This document shows positions 63,890 to 64,000 of a stretch of 64,000 bases of DNA, piece by piece. How positions within the stretch are numbered: position 1 is the first letter of the stretch; every line of letters begins with the position of its first letter. The notes beneath the pieces are model-generated. The model had not been told where the DNA came from and ran no database searches. It saw only the letters and a program-made list of their open reading frames with translations. Made by a program: the position numbers and the translations under genes. The stretch spans positions 185,816,001 to 185,880,000 of the forward strand of contig NC_058368.1 of the NCBI RefSeq assembly GCF_018350175.1, read 5' to 3'. The stretch is from Felis catus (Eukaryota).

Positions 63890-64000
63890 TCACTTCTAGA
63901 GACCTTCAGATCTCAGTATAAATTCTCCTTACTTGCTGGGTAAACTTGGGAAAATTACTTAAGCTCTCCAAGCCTTGCTTTCCCATATTTGTTAGAGCTT
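63890..64000 (+). mobile_element. MIR fragment
   Basis: 'cttacttgctgggtaaacttgggaaaattacttaagctctccaagcct'. Confidence 0.6.

Noticed and set aside
1..64000. CRISPR array, operon or other prokaryote-type system
   Set aside because: The DNA is mammalian. The recurring ~200-bp repeats are dispersed SINEs, with no regular repeat-spacer array and no gene-dense region.

Overview
This is AT-rich, repeat-dense mammalian non-coding DNA (intergenic or deep intronic), almost certainly from a felid. The tRNA-derived carnivore SINEs are cat-type (SINEC_Fc-like), and one copy is essentially unmutated. I cannot support any host protein-coding gene. The ORFs in the track are decayed LINE-1 ORF2 fragments or chance frames through SINEs, LTRs and microsatellites. 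The window contains about 22 carnivore SINEs, two large carnivore L1 copies, several old L1M fragments, many MaLR (MLT1) and MER21-group LTRs, two ERV solo LTRs, hAT MITEs (MER3, MER20, MER53), MIR/L2/L3 relics and STRs. The most notable structures are an L1 with a twin-priming-type 5' inversion, a SINE nested in a SINE nested in an L1, a 6-bp-TSD ERV2-like solo LTR, a pure (GC)14 tract and a cluster of perfect palindromes. I found no convincing novel biological system. Repeat family names come from recalled consensus similarity, not a database search, and boundaries of old elements are approximate.
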